This document shows, piece after piece, positions 11,921-24,420 of a stretch of DNA of 64,000 bases (the stretch's first letter is position 1; each line of letters begins with the position of its first letter). The stretch comes from Epithemia pelagica (taxonomy: Eukaryota; Protista; Bacillariophyta). The DNA is taken from assembly GCA_946965045.2 (NCBI GenBank), contig OX337241.1, positions 124,001 to 188,000 on the forward strand, in the 5' to 3' direction. The notes below the pieces were generated by a model that saw only the letters and a list, made by a program, of their open reading frames with translations, did not search any database and was not told the DNA's origin. Made by a program: the position numbers and the translations under genes.

Positions 11921-12780
11921 TCGTTTGGTGTGGCGTTTGAGAATCGCAACTCTATCGTGTCGAATAGGAAACGCGATTTCAATTGGTTCGTTTTTCAGGA
12001 GAGCCAGAGATGAGAGATGGGGGTCTCTACCCAGACACTCTCTCTTTCTCGTTCTCTCAAAGAGATGCGATGATTGATATATATATATGGTGGCAATGGA
12101 TGGACACGACACAAGGATTTTGTGTATCTTTCTGGCCAGGCCACTTTTGGTCGCGCAAAAAGTGCATGCCATAAAAGTTCCATCGGAACTCGTTTCGGTA
12201 GAGTCTATGCATAGTTCAACCTACCGAATAGTATTGTACGAGTCGAGAAGAGGATGCAGAGTTTCGTCTTTATAGTAGTATCAGTTTCAAATCGCGGTGA
12301 GAACAGGAAAAACAATGGGGTGGGACCGCGTCTCCTTTTCGTGGTGAAGAATGGGAGGGGTGGATCCGTAGAATTGGTCCTGCTCGATCCGTAGGACTCT
12401 CCACAGGTCGCAAACACCAGAAAGGGAACCAAGAAAAGAGTGGTTCTTCTTCTCGTCTTGTGGTGGTGGTGGTTTTGCAGAACGCGTCGCCTGTTCACCA
12501 CATCTGTTGGACGACGCAGTGGATTCCATTCGGTTCACGTCCTTTGGGGGGCGTGTATTCACAGGGGGTCTCCCGCACACCATTGTCCATTGTGGTGGTG
12601 GCGGTGGCTGGGAGGACCATTCAAGTGTGCTGCCGCATCTGGTGGACCAAGGAGGAGATGGACGCACCAACACACACACACGATCCGTTTCGCGTGTGTG
12701 CGGGTTGATTTTGTTCTCTTTGCAACACACACACACAAACTGTCGTCGATTGTGGCTCTCCAATGTAGGGCCATTCCCGT

Positions 12781-13788
12781 CTACTCCTCCTCCAACGACG
12801 GCACGGGGATTCCCGCAGCACACCGTCTGGTCCAGTCGCGTCGTTGCGTGGGTGTCACGAGCGTTCCAAAATCGCCCAAGGCCCGTCTTAACTCGTGGAT
12901 CAAGGCGGGGACGACCAACGGGTTGGATTGGGTGGCGGCACACTCCTGGTGGTCCCCATGGTCATGCCGCCGCAAGGTTTGTTCCAAGCGCTGCCACAAC
13001 CGGTCTTGTTGTTGTTGGTGTGCGTTTGGTGATGACTGGATGATCCCACCCGAGTACTGTGGTTGCTGCTGGAGTGATTCTTCATGGGCCACAACGAGGG
13101 CGGCCAAGAGCAATCGATGAACGGTTCGGGGTGTACAATAGGGCAGGCTACTACCGGTGCCAGTATTGCTGCTGCGCGGCGTCATGACGCACGTGGCCCG
13201 ATCCAAATAGACCAAGGCCGACGTCAAGACATGAGATTGCCACGCGTCTCGATCATCGACCCGTGATGCTTGTGGTTGGTTGGCTTGATGGTCGTGCCAC
13301 AAACAATCCAAGACGGTTTGAACAAACTGTGGCAAGGGGGGACCGTACCGAACTGCGGTTCCACAATCCTCCTCTTCCACAACACGGAATGGTGTGGCAC
13401 AAAACAGAGATTCCTGTTGTTCTCGTGGTTCTTGAAGGACCACACCATGACCACCTCGAGGAACGTGCAACAACCGACGACGCTGTGGTGGAATCAACCA
13501 CTGCTGCTCCTGTTCCTCCAAGTTCGTTTCCGGAATAACCACTTGACAGGAGGATTCCAACTGTTGATTGAGGTGGGCCGTCCATTGGACGGCTCGGGCC
13601 ACTTGGTCACTCGTCACTACTACCAAACGTCCGTCTTCTTGTGGTTTGTCTTGTTGTGGTCGTCGTACAAAGGTTGTTGTTCTTGTTGTTGTTGGTGCAA
13701 AGGTTGTTGCCGCGACCGTGTGTATCATCATCAGGAAGATGAACCAACAGCAGGAGCAGCAACGGAGCCAACAATGGTGGTTCTTCAT
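12781..13788 (-). CDS. Cyclin-fold protein (PHO80/U-type cyclin-like) with an N-terminal hydrophobic leader
   Basis: VLTSALVYLDR...TVHRLLLAALVVA matches the P/U-cyclin box. N-terminus CCWFIFLMMIHTVAATTFAP. The alternative start is at 13854. Confidence 0.6.
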   Translation of the reverse strand: MKNHHCWLRCCSCCWFIFLMMIHTVAATTFAPTTTRTTTFVRRPQQDKPQEDGRLVVVTSDQVARAVQWTAHLNQQLESSCQVVIPETNLEEQEQQWLIPPQRRRLLHVPRGGHGVVLQEPREQQESLFCATPFRVVEEEDCGTAVRYGPPLPQFVQTVLDCLWHDHQANQPQASRVDDRDAWQSHVLTSALVYLDRATCVMTPRSSNTGTGSSLPYCTPRTVHRLLLAALVVAHEESLQQQPQYSGGIIQSSPNAHQQQQDRLWQRLEQTLRRHDHGDHQECAATQSNPLVVPALIHELRRALGDFGTLVTPTQRRDWTRRCAAGIPVPSLEEE

Positions 13789-15545
13789 GATTCTGGTTTC
13801 GGGAACGATCCAAAGCGAACGTGACGAGGAAATGGTTGGTACGCAATGGCACAAGTTTCTGTTCTTCTTTTGGTGTGTGTTTCTCGTTATTTGTGGTCTC
13901 GATTCGTTTCCGAGTCCTCAGTCGTTCGTAGTAGTAGCAACGGAGTAGACGTGTTGGAGGCAAGTCTTGCTCCGCAGATGCGCGTGTGGTTGCGAGAGTC
14001 TCTGGAGACTCGTCTCTTTTTGTCGAGGACGACAGGAGACAGATGGACTCGAGGAGGATGATGGATGGAGGATCTACTACCAGCGTTGGATACACAATAC
14101 GCGAGTATATGGATGGTATGGTTTGTGTTGGTGATTGTTCTTTTTGTTTGGAGCAACCGATGGCGGCCTTGCGAAACACAAACAAGGCGAAGTGTTCCGT
14201 TTTTTTCCAGTGTTCTGCTGGGTCCCGCAAAGGTTCGGTCACGGGGGAAGTACTTCCAGAGCGGTCCTCGTTGAAACGAGAAAACCAAAATCTTCAAACA
14301 AAACGCTTCGGAACCGCTTTGTTGTACGGGGCGACGTCAGACCCACAGAGAACGCGACGAATCTCCGGCATTCCCCCACGACCCATCGTTGGCCATTGTC
14401 AACCTTCCATGACGGTACAACAATCGATTCTTGCACCAAACGCTCCCGACGGGGAACCACGTCATACACACAGAAGCTCTAGTTGATGGCGGGTTGTCAA
14501 GAGGAGGTAGCACTGTGTCAATGATATTGGACGGTAGCTTGACGACCATGACACACCCATCATCCTGTTGACATTATTTGACATTCCATCTTGACGCATT
14601 TTCGACATGCGACAACCACAACAAGGCATGGACTCTCTTCATGGCGGCCACAAACGAGACGATCGACAATACTATACTATTGGAACCATCCACACGAGAC
14701 GAGTGGAACGCGTGCGCAAATCGAACGCCGCTACTAGGTAGTTCATATGATTAGTTGCACTACTTGTATCGTGTCGAACAGGGAATGGAGGGGGTGATGA
14801 GTGATGAGAGACACACCATTGAGACAGAGAGAAGGTTCTAGAGGGGATCCAAACTACCTACTCCTATTCTGTGTTTTATTGATGTGATAGTGCGCCGGGA
14901 AGCAAGTACTCTTTTTCGTCCGTCCATCCTTCCATTCACGGTCCGTGATTCCTTCGGAGAACGCCTGACGGACCTACAGCGGACACACTGACTGGACGGG
15001 CTCGCAGTCCTTTCGTGCGACCTCGAGGGAGATCGTCATTAGCGAAAAAGAGACCATGGTCCAAATAATACAATCCGTGTATTATTCCACAAAAAGGAAC
15101 GCAACGAGGAGATGTTTACTACCACAAGACGACAAGTACTGTCAAGAGGTTCTCTTCTTCCATGCGGCGTTGGTTTGGCGAACAGGTCCGTCTATGTATT
15201 TCAAACAAGCAACGCGAGAAATGTGTAGATTTACAAGAACAACATCCGGATGGTTCTATTGGGTTGACGACGAGGTCTGAAAAACGCAAGAGTGTCGACC
15301 GAGCACGCTAGGGAGCACGGTGAAAGCAATTCCAGATTGGTGCAACAGACAAAAGACTCTCTCCGCCTCGCTCTAGTATCCTTATCGGCCTCTCTCCTGT
15401 ATCCTTCTCGTCGTCTGGTGGAACACAACAACAAGGTAGAGGTGGAACACAACAACAAGGTACTACCACAAGAAGCGGAGACCCAACGGCTCATACAAGA
15501 CGAAACCAACAAACTGGGCAAGCAAAAGAACAAGACTCGTGTACC

Positions 15546-16073
15546 ATGATCGTGCGGGTGGGTGCCAATGGGCTCCTCCTTCGTCTTCGTCTTCTTGTCC
15601 TCGTCGTCGTCATGATGATGATGATGATACTGATTGGACCATCCGAGGGTCTCGAGGTAGCACGACGCTCTCCAACACCACGCCAAGTGGATGAGTCACA
15701 CCCCCTTGATCATCATTCGTTCACTGCCAATCAGACGACTCCCATCACAAATAACAAGAATGCCGACCAGAAACGACGGTTGAATGATCCTGGTCCTGCT
15801 TTTCCGCCCTCTCCTCCCTCTCCTCCTAACCCTAACCCTAATTTTACCTCTCCTCCCTCTTCTCCATCTCCTTATCCTCCCTCTCCATCTCCTCCCTCTC
15901 CTTATCCTCCCTCTCCATCTCCTCCCTCTCCTACTCCTCCCTCTCCTACTCCTCCCTCGGCTGCTCCTCCCGCGACGGGTATCATTTGGGTCAAGCCATG
16001 GTTTTATCCCATTTATGTGCCAACGCCCGTTTATGTTCCGACTCCCTATTATGTCATCATGGCACCGCCCTAA
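15546..16073 (+). CDS. Secreted Pro/Ser-rich (extensin-like) protein
   Basis: Hydrophobic N-terminus, then PPSP(S/Y/T) repeats encoded by tandem cctccctctcc units, ending in YVPTP repeats. Confidence 0.65.
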   Translation: MIVRVGANGLLLRLRLLVLVVVMMMMMILIGPSEGLEVARRSPTPRQVDESHPLDHHSFTANQTTPITNNKNADQKRRLNDPGPAFPPSPPSPPNPNPNFTSPPSSPSPYPPSPSPPSPYPPSPSPPSPTPPSPTPPSAAPPATGIIWVKPWFYPIYVPTPVYVPTPYYVIMAPP

Positions 16074-18261
16074 ATTAAATAAAAAGGAACAAACACACCA
16101 CACCACAACACCCTCCGCGGCGGTCAAGTCAGTTGCTTTGGGTGTTGCGTTTCCTTCCGACAAAACCCCAGCGACAATGAATACTAGTAGTATTCCACTT
16201 CTTCAGCCTCTCCCTTGGAGTATACCATTGTGTGATTGTCCAACGGAACCCAACCTCATGATATCGAGTACTACTATTAGTCATGCTGCTGGATCGATTG
16301 TCCAATCTTCTGTGTGCTACTTCTTCTAGTATATAGGTAAGTAAAGTCGATGGACGGCCAACGCGCTACTTTATGGTTCCACAAAAATCCCGGCAGAGGT
16401 ACAACACTCTCGTTCGTGGTTGGCGTTTGACACGTTCCGTTCCTCTACACTACTGCCAAAGAATACTAAAATGTCACAAGATGAAACCAAAGAGAGCCAA
16501 GCGGATGATTTCGGGAAGGGCACGGCGAGGCGCTACCTTGGTGGTATACCGGAGGAACCCGTGGACGACGAAACGGAGGATTATTCGCGAGCACCCGCTT
16601 GTCGGAGGACGGGCCTTGGTTTCCCCATGCCGCAACTTGAGTATCCAAAGCGACATGGCAATGGCACCCATGCAAAAGAGGTGTGTGCCCTCACGTAGAG
16701 GCGTAAAAGAGTTTGAGGAACAGGATGACACGTCTCTTTTGGTCCACCGCACGGCGAGGCTGTCGTTGATTTCGTCGCCCGTGGTTGGTGCAATGTACCA
16801 TGCCACCACACGCCAGGCAGCGCTCCATGGGGAAAGCGCTCCATACCGAAACTGTTTCCAAAGAGACCCACCACCTTTTGCCCGCAACCGGCAAGACGTT
16901 CCAGTGCGACAATATGTGGTGGTACGTTGCTTCCGCAGTCTTTGGTCGGGCCTCATTCGAGCCATTCCTCGAGGGAGCGAGGATCCGCCTTTTTGTACAA
17001 CGCCGCACGACGCAAGAACCAAAGAAAACGACGACGATTGGCCTCATCGGATGGAATCCTTGTCCGTTCCACCGTGTTTCAGTTGCTTCGCCAAAGCACT
17101 GTGGTTTCAGGTCCACAGTGTGGGGTGATGATTCTATACCTTGCATGACACAATGGAGCAAGCCAAGAATTGGGATAAAAGTCCATAGTACGCCGCGTCG
17201 GGGCTACACAACTGGGAGATACAGTGGCCATTCCGGACCCAATGCCACCTAGTAGCTTTCCAATCATACATCCACTGGACGCACGAACATTAGAGTTTCC
17301 ATTGCTGGGAGACGCCAAACCGATCCATGTACAACACAACAGTTGGAACAAGATGGGTTGGATGGTGTTGTTTCTGTTCTGGTGAACGACGACGACGACG
17401 ACGACGACGACAACCACAAGAGCTGGGTCTCGGCCCTCTCGGCCGGAACGCTTTTCTTGCCGTAGTAACGCACGAACGAAATGGTGCAGGAAATGCGTAT
17501 GTCTTTTCTTCAGGTCAACGTCCTAGTGAGTAGGACCAGTATTGTAGTTTGCTCGTTTGTCGATCGGATGGAACGTGGCCTGAAAACTGCTCTAGACAAA
17601 GAGATTATGAATCATGGCAACGTTGCACAGGCTTGTTTTCCCATGCTCCCCAACTAATAAAACAGTCGACAGCAAGGGCACACATTATGGAGGATCCTAC
17701 ATACCTCTCCTAAGTAGTATAACCAATCGACCATTGGCAAGTTTGAGATCTTCCTGTGAGACTTGGATGTGAGATTGGGGTTGTCAGAATTGTTCGCATC
17801 GCCGGCCAATGCATTGGCGGGCGTGAAATACTTAAGGGAAACGATATCAATCTTCCGAATGCCGTTTGCGAATGCGAAGGCTTCGCAAATGCACCTCTGT
17901 TTGTTCTTCTTTTTCTCGCGTCCACAAAATCCCCCACATCGAACAAACAGCTGCTTTTTGCTTCCTGATGGACACACCACAAAAATCTTTTTCGCTCCTG
18001 TATTTTCTTTTTCTTTTTTCTCTTGTTTTGTTGCGCCATCTCACAAAACGTTGTCTCTCTTTCTATATCCAAACAAAAGAAACTCTAGATCCATCAAGGC
18101 AAGAGAGTCGAGAAAGGAGGAAGAGACACAAAAGAGGAACAAGAGAAAGCCAAAAAAGAAACTGCTTGAGGAGGAGCGAACCAAAGCAAGCACGCAAGCA
18201 ACCAACAAAACATTGTACCACAGTCGATTCCTTCTCTATTCGTGTGTGTGTGTTTTTCCCA

Positions 18262-20328
18262 ATGAGTGCTCCTTGTCCACTCGCACCAGACTCTTGGTAC
18301 CACCACCACCACCACAACAACAATATCAAGACGACCCGTAGTCTCTTGTCGTCCTCTTCCTTGTCTCTGGCAGCAGCAATGGATCCATCACTTGTTCTTT
18401 CCTCCTCCTCCTCCTCCTCGTGGCTTCTCGATCCGCAGTTGCTTTGGACCCATTCGTCTTGCAACCACAAGAACAAGTCACTGTCCGTTTCGAAAAAACT
18501 CCTTCGACTTGGACTGGCCACCCCAACCACCACGACTCGTCCCACACAACATGTCTTTTTACAGCAACAACCATTTGGGTCCAATCATCATCCCAACAAC
18601 AACAACCGTGTCAGGATGACGCCGCAGCAGCAGTGTCTTCCAAACAAGAGAAGGACTAGGAGGAGTGCACCACTATTACAATGTCCACGCACCATCACAA
18701 GTCGGCAGCAACGAACCACTTTTACAAGAGTTCAGGATGAAACCACCACTACCACCACCCGAAATCACCACCACCAACAACACAACGTCACCACCACCAC
18801 AACCACTCGCCCCTGGTGTCATGACGCAACCAAAACAACCTCCCGCAATAATACTACGAGGGACTTGGTGGCATCCTCCTTGGCCCCACCAGAACTATCC
18901 TCACTACAACCACAACAACAACAACAACCTTTACCACCAGAGCAACAAAGAGGAAACCAGCAACAGCAGCCACCCTCGACGACACGTACTATTCGTAGTA
19001 AACCCCCTGCAACAACACCCATGCCGTGTGCCATCACCACAACAACACCAAGAAGAAGAAGAAAAGGGCTCAAAACAGCACAGGAAATTCGACGGCAATT
19101 CTTGGCTCGATTGGGAATCCTGCAGCAGCAGCCTAGCACTCTTGGCAACCAGAACCACCACAACCGTACCAGTGCTACGAATACGACTACCACCCACCAA
19201 CGATCAGCACCTTTTCAACGACAACGACCACCGTCAGTATCATCATTGTCGTCCTCGTATCAACAAGCACTCCAGGGGGAGGATCCTCCGGATCATGATG
19301 GTGGTGGTCAAGACGTATTGCTGATACATGACGAGGATGCGGATCGGGTGGTGAATGTTGGTTCTGTACCAACAATACTACTACAAGAACAAGACACGCA
19401 TACTACGGGGAATCACAGGATCAAAGATACTCCAGGTAACCACCGTAACAAGAACAACAAGAGCGAGAACCACCATTGTCCTCCACAACAACAAGAACAA
19501 CAACCAAAGCACGGAGGACCGTGTCATTCCAGCACCACTAGTACCACCAAAAGGAATCCTATGAGAACCAGCAAGACTTTGGATGACAAACGGGGAACCT
19601 CCCCCGTCTCGGTCCGCGAGTATCCTCCTCCTTCGACTAGGGTTCTTCTTACGGACAGCCACAACAAAAACAAGAATTACCAGCAGGGGGATGCTGTTTG
19701 TGATGATCCTATGGATGGACCGGACCACACGACGACAAGGACAACCAAGCACTGTGCTGTTACTACGACTCGGTGCAGTGTCCAAAAGAACAACAACAAC
19801 AAGAACCACAAGAAGCATGTTTCCTTTTATCCCCATGTCACGGTCCATGTCATTCCCCATTATCAATCCTATTCGCGTCGCATGCACCATCTCTTGTGGA
19901 CCTCCAGTCGCGAATCACGCATTGAGGCGGCTCGCAATTGTTTGGAATTTGCCGCCGATCAGTGGGATTGGCGTCAAGCGGCCAATGATGAAGATTACCG
20001 ATTTTGTCGTGGTCAATGGCTGCATCCCATTCATTTTGTCGTGGCGGCCGGACACCATCATGCTACAGACAGCAACCACAACACTTATTCTCATTCTCCG
20101 TATTCTAGTGAGTACAGCTCTCCCTGCAGCTGGAGACAACAAAGAACAAGAAGACGAAGCACTTACTGTACAAAGAGCATCCATGGTCGAGGAGCGTCTC
20201 CAGCCGTTGTTACGGCGGCTATTGGGAATGACACAGCATCCAGTAGTCCACCTACTACTTCCAAGACGTTAACGACCACTGCATCGTGTCCTACAGCAGC
20301 AGGGTTGCGCAACCTTCGACGAGCCTAA
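18262..20328 (+). CDS. Low-complexity protein with a conserved-looking C-terminal domain of unknown function
   Basis: Long ORF (17866-20328) with likely ATG at 18262. The segments EIRRQFLARLGI and HVSFYPHVTVHVIP...LW...ARNCLEFAADQWDWR...LHPIH resemble a domain I recall from diatom hypothetical proteins. Confidence 0.6.
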   Translation: MSAPCPLAPDSWYHHHHHNNNIKTTRSLLSSSSLSLAAAMDPSLVLSSSSSSSWLLDPQLLWTHSSCNHKNKSLSVSKKLLRLGLATPTTTTRPTQHVFLQQQPFGSNHHPNNNNRVRMTPQQQCLPNKRRTRRSAPLLQCPRTITSRQQRTTFTRVQDETTTTTTRNHHHQQHNVTTTTTTRPWCHDATKTTSRNNTTRDLVASSLAPPELSSLQPQQQQQPLPPEQQRGNQQQQPPSTTRTIRSKPPATTPMPCAITTTTPRRRRKGLKTAQEIRRQFLARLGILQQQPSTLGNQNHHNRTSATNTTTTHQRSAPFQRQRPPSVSSLSSSYQQALQGEDPPDHDGGGQDVLLIHDEDADRVVNVGSVPTILLQEQDTHTTGNHRIKDTPGNHRNKNNKSENHHCPPQQQEQQPKHGGPCHSSTTSTTKRNPMRTSKTLDDKRGTSPVSVREYPPPSTRVLLTDSHNKNKNYQQGDAVCDDPMDGPDHTTTRTTKHCAVTTTRCSVQKNNNNKNHKKHVSFYPHVTVHVIPHYQSYSRRMHHLLWTSSRESRIEAARNCLEFAADQWDWRQAANDEDYRFCRGQWLHPIHFVVAAGHHHATDSNHNTYSHSPYSSEYSSPCSWRQQRTRRRSTYCTKSIHGRGASPAVVTAAIGNDTASSSPPTTSKTLTTTASCPTAAGLRNLRRA

Positions 20329-20645
20329 TAGGCAATCTGGGGAAAACCGGTTCGAGCCAATCGGTTTCGTTGCATAGATATATACATCGTACATAGACAA
20401 CTATATAAAAATAAATCAATGGGACTACTTCATGGTGTTTTTTTAATCGTTCGTATCGGCACTTCCCCTTGTAGTCTCTTTTGGTGGTACCCATCCTCTC
20501 TGTCGGGAGTGAGTGAAAAGTCGAATTGCTGTTGGTACAATAGCCTCGCGACATACCGTTATTGATTGCTCTCAAACTGTTTGTGGTAAAAATATCATCT
20601 TCTTGTTTCTGTGGTTGTGGAACACTTCGTTTTGGATATAGAAGC

Positions 20646-22233
20646 TTAGGTCGATTGTGGCACAGAAGAAGAAGAAGAAGATTCGGCCACTACAGGGGTA
20701 GCGGACTCCAAGGACGACTCGGTCGTATTGGTGGTGGTGGTGGTCGTCGTCGTGGCATTGGTTCCATCCTCTTCTTCTTCACTACTACTACTGGACGCAA
20801 ACGCTGCTTGTTGCACTTGCAAAATGGCATCTTGCAGCAATTGGCGTTGTCGTTCGTAAATGGCTTGTTCATTTTCCGCCCGTTGTCGAAATTCTTGTTC
20901 CAATCGAGCATCATTGGCCACCTTTTCTTGTTCCAACAGGGCAATCAATTCCATTACCTTGGCCACGGGTTCCAATTCGGCATTTTTCTCCAAGATTTGC
21001 GCATTCCAATCGCCCGACAATTGTTGTTGAAATCGCGACGACGAGGATGCATCCGCGGACGAGTCGGCACCCATGAGGTCATTCTCATTATCCATGAGCG
21101 TATACTTGTCAAAATCGGCATTGATTTGCGCCAATTCTTCCGGTGTATATTCTTGTTGTTGTTGTTGTGGTTGGGACAGGGATGGTTCGGTTGATTCGGG
21201 CATACCATTCACAAAGGGATCGTCCGTCACCTTGCCTTCTTGTGCAGTTGTCGGCAGGACGGCTGGTGCTTCCAATTCGTCGGGATTTTCGGTTGCTGCG
21301 GGAGCGACTCGTTTGACGCGACGTCGAATTTTGCGTTTCGGTGCCGTCGTGGAATCCTCGTCCGTCGTGGCAGTGGCAGTTGCGGCGGCCGCCGTGGCAG
21401 TCGTTGCAGCTGCCGCAGCAGCAGTTGTTTCGGGCACGGATTCGGCCGTTGGTTCGAGATTGGTATTGATGGATCGTCGAAAGGAAAAGGCATCGTTCAA
21501 TTCTTGTTGCGCCTTGCGCAATTCTTGCAATTGCAATTGACTTTCCATGTTATTTTCAAACGAGGTGGTCAAATCGGTGCCCAAGGTTCGAATGTTTTGA
21601 ATAAATTTGCCAATTTCCTTGACCAACTTGTACAAGTCACTCGGTCCCAAAACAAAGTATCCCACCAACAAAATAGTGGCCTATACATCAACAAAGCACA
21701 TAGAAAGAGAGTGACATAGAAAGAAGAAGTGAACCAATCCAAATCATCGTAGGTAGGCAATATTCAAAGAACAAGTAGTTGCAGTATAGAAATGCAGCAA
21801 CAACATCAACATGTCGGAAAAAGAAACGAGAAACGACAAGAAGCACACACAAAAAGGTTTGGAGTGAGTCCTCCCAGTCTTTTTTTTTTCTCGCTCCAGA
21901 GAGAACTAGTTTCTCGCCACGACGTACCACTTCGGGTGTTCCCACTCCCAAGACACCTCCATCGGATCCCATAAACATGTGCAACGATGTTGTTGTAGTA
22001 GACAAGGAACCTCGTGGTGAACATGGAGCAGTTGCTGTTGTTTTCGTGGTGGTTGTTTCGTAGTTGTCCAAGGGCAACCGATTCGTTCGTGTGGTGGAAA
22101 CCGAGGAGGAGGGAATGACAAAGGCAGATGTTGCTGTCATGGTCAACATCATCATTATCACGAGGAGAGTCTTTGTAACCAGCAGCACGTGCCGTCTAGA
22201 GTGGTGTCGTGAAGCACGAACCGAGTCAATCAT
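20646..22233 (-). CDS. tatB: Plastid-targeted Tat translocase subunit TatB/Hcf106 (exons 21928-22233 and 20646-21680)
   Basis: Signal + TSA-FVIP motif. The intron 21681-21927 (GTACGT...TAG) splices in frame to give GVGTPEV|ATILLVGYFVLGPSDLYKLVKEIGK, the TatA/B TM plus amphipathic helix, followed by an acidic tail. Confidence 0.88.
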
Positions 22234-22929
22234 GTTGTTGTTGTTGATCTTTGGTGGTGACAAGTGGTGTTGCTGATGTTGTTGAGCAATCCGTTGAAAG
22301 CGTGCCACCGTCATTCTATTTCAATTTGTCGATGCTTTGGATTGATCGTTTGGCAAACAAAGGAGCGTTCAATCCAGGAAAACAAGGCAACGAAAAGCTA
22401 GAGAGAGTGGATGGATGGATCGTTGTGTCAACAATTGGAGATGAGCGAGACCAGGATTGGACTGAGGAACACTGCAACCAAGATGAAGAAGAGACACAAA
22501 AGAAGGACGGACGATTACCACAGAGCCGCACCAAGAAAGAAGAGAGTTGCTGGTGCCATTGTGATGGATGCGTCGGTCGTCGGATCGTCGTCGCTTCCGC
22601 GTGGAAGTAATGTAGTCGCTCTTAAATCGCCAGATCGCTCCTGTGACCAGTCACGAGCGGGACTAGAGCCTACGTCAGCGACAGGCGATTGCGGTCTGCT
22701 CGGGACTCGGGATACAATACTCATTGCTACCCATGGATCAAGTTCAATCATTTTTCTCAAGCATAGCCATGGTCCTACTCCTACGACAATTCCAGATGTA
22801 TCAGTCTCCTATCCATCAAAACCGAAACCTATACTCAACATTCTTCAAAGCACTCGGAGGGGCAGTCCCATAAGGACCAACAAGAACATGGTGGTAACTT
22901 CAATTAGATTCAACATCGATCCTGGTTCA

Positions 22930-24420
22930 TCTAACCGCCAAAAGACACCAAACACCATCATGACTGTTCCAATCCCCAGCACCAGTGAGAACCGATTCAT
23001 AGACAGAGTGCCAAAGCACTCGCAGCTGACGACAATAAGGAGAAATAGTTGTTGTTGGTGGACAAGGGCGACTGGAAGTTACTTGTTTTACACGGACGGA
23101 ATTTGAGGCATTGTTCCAATCGGTCCTGACCACAAAAGTACCTCCCAAACACACACAAGTTGAAAAACTCCACCACATTCTCCGCCGTTACACACAGAGA
23201 TCATCATCATCCAAAGAAGCGTCATTGCTCTCACGAGTGCAAGCCACTACATCGTCCAACAAAAACTCGCCTGATTTCCCTGCCGCAGGAACATCAGGAG
23301 AGATTTTGTTCGATGATGTGGTGGCCTGCACTATCGCAACTAGTACCGACAAGACTATGGTACCATGGATGATGCATGGGAAATGGAGCTTTCGCGTCAT
23401 GAATCATTCCATCCACATCCAGTCCCTCTTGACGTGCTGAATCGAACTACAAGGCCGGACAACCGAGATGTACCTCCAAAAACACACACACAAGTTGACA
23501 AACTCCACCACTTTCCCCCCTGTGATACAGAGATCATCCTCCAAAGAAGCGTCATTGCTCTCACGAGGAGTGCAAGCCACTACATCGTCCAACAAAAACT
23601 CGCCTAATTTCCGTGGCAGCTTTCGACAGGAACATCAGGAGAGATTTTGTTCGATGATGTGGTGGCCTGCACTGTCGCAACTAGTACCGACAAGAGTAGG
23701 GTACCATTTATGCATGGGAAATGGAGCAATCGCATCGTGAATCGTTCCAATCCGTCTTGAGATGTACACAGATCGGAGAGCATCGGTCGAGAAAGCTTGA
23801 CAAGTCTCCATAGGAGCAATCACGTCTTCCAAGGTTTGATCCGGTGGCGTTGAAGAAGAACCACCCTTGTCCTGGACTTCTGTGATTGGTCTCCTTTTCA
23901 TAAGTGAGGAGCAAGCACTTGTTGTCACCGAATACCATCCAACGTTGCACTCCGCACCATGTCCAACGTCAATGACTCCAAAGTGTCTGAATATGCTCAA
24001 TTCAATTCCCCAAGCACCAATGGCACCATCCTTAGGATGGCACGATGGATGCTTGGGAAATGGAGCATATGCATCGTGAATCACTCCATCCACATCCACA
24101 GTCCGTCTTGACGTGCTGAATCGTCTACAAGGCCGGACAACAGACATGTGTAGAGAGACTGGTGAGTATTGGTCGACAACGCTTGACGAGTCTCCCTACG
24201 AGCCGCAACGACGTCTTCCTGATCCGCACGTGTTCAAGAAGCACCATCCTCGTCTTGCACTTGTGGTTGGTCTCCTTTCTCCGAAGTGAGCACAAATCAC
24301 TTGGTGTCCGTTTCTTTGTGAACAGTCAAGGCACGTCCAAGGTTCAATGGTCCAACGGAAAGCAGTCCAAAAAAGCAACAGCAGAAACGTAGCATGCTTG
24401 TTGGTATCCATCAAGGATGG
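22930..24420 (-). pseudogene. Decayed, internally duplicated paralog of the 25264-27223 gene
   Basis: Nucleotide similarity to 25264-26000 (e.g. accagtgagaaccgattcat, aacaaaaactcgcct, aagtgag..a.gcacttgttgtc). Multiple frameshifts, an approximately 330-bp internal duplication (starts about 23138 and 23470) and a micro-inversion. Boundaries are approximate. Confidence 0.7.

Noticed and set aside
16373-17252. Overlapping ORFs that might form a degraded gene
   Set aside because: No frame gives a recognisable domain or a consistent splice model.
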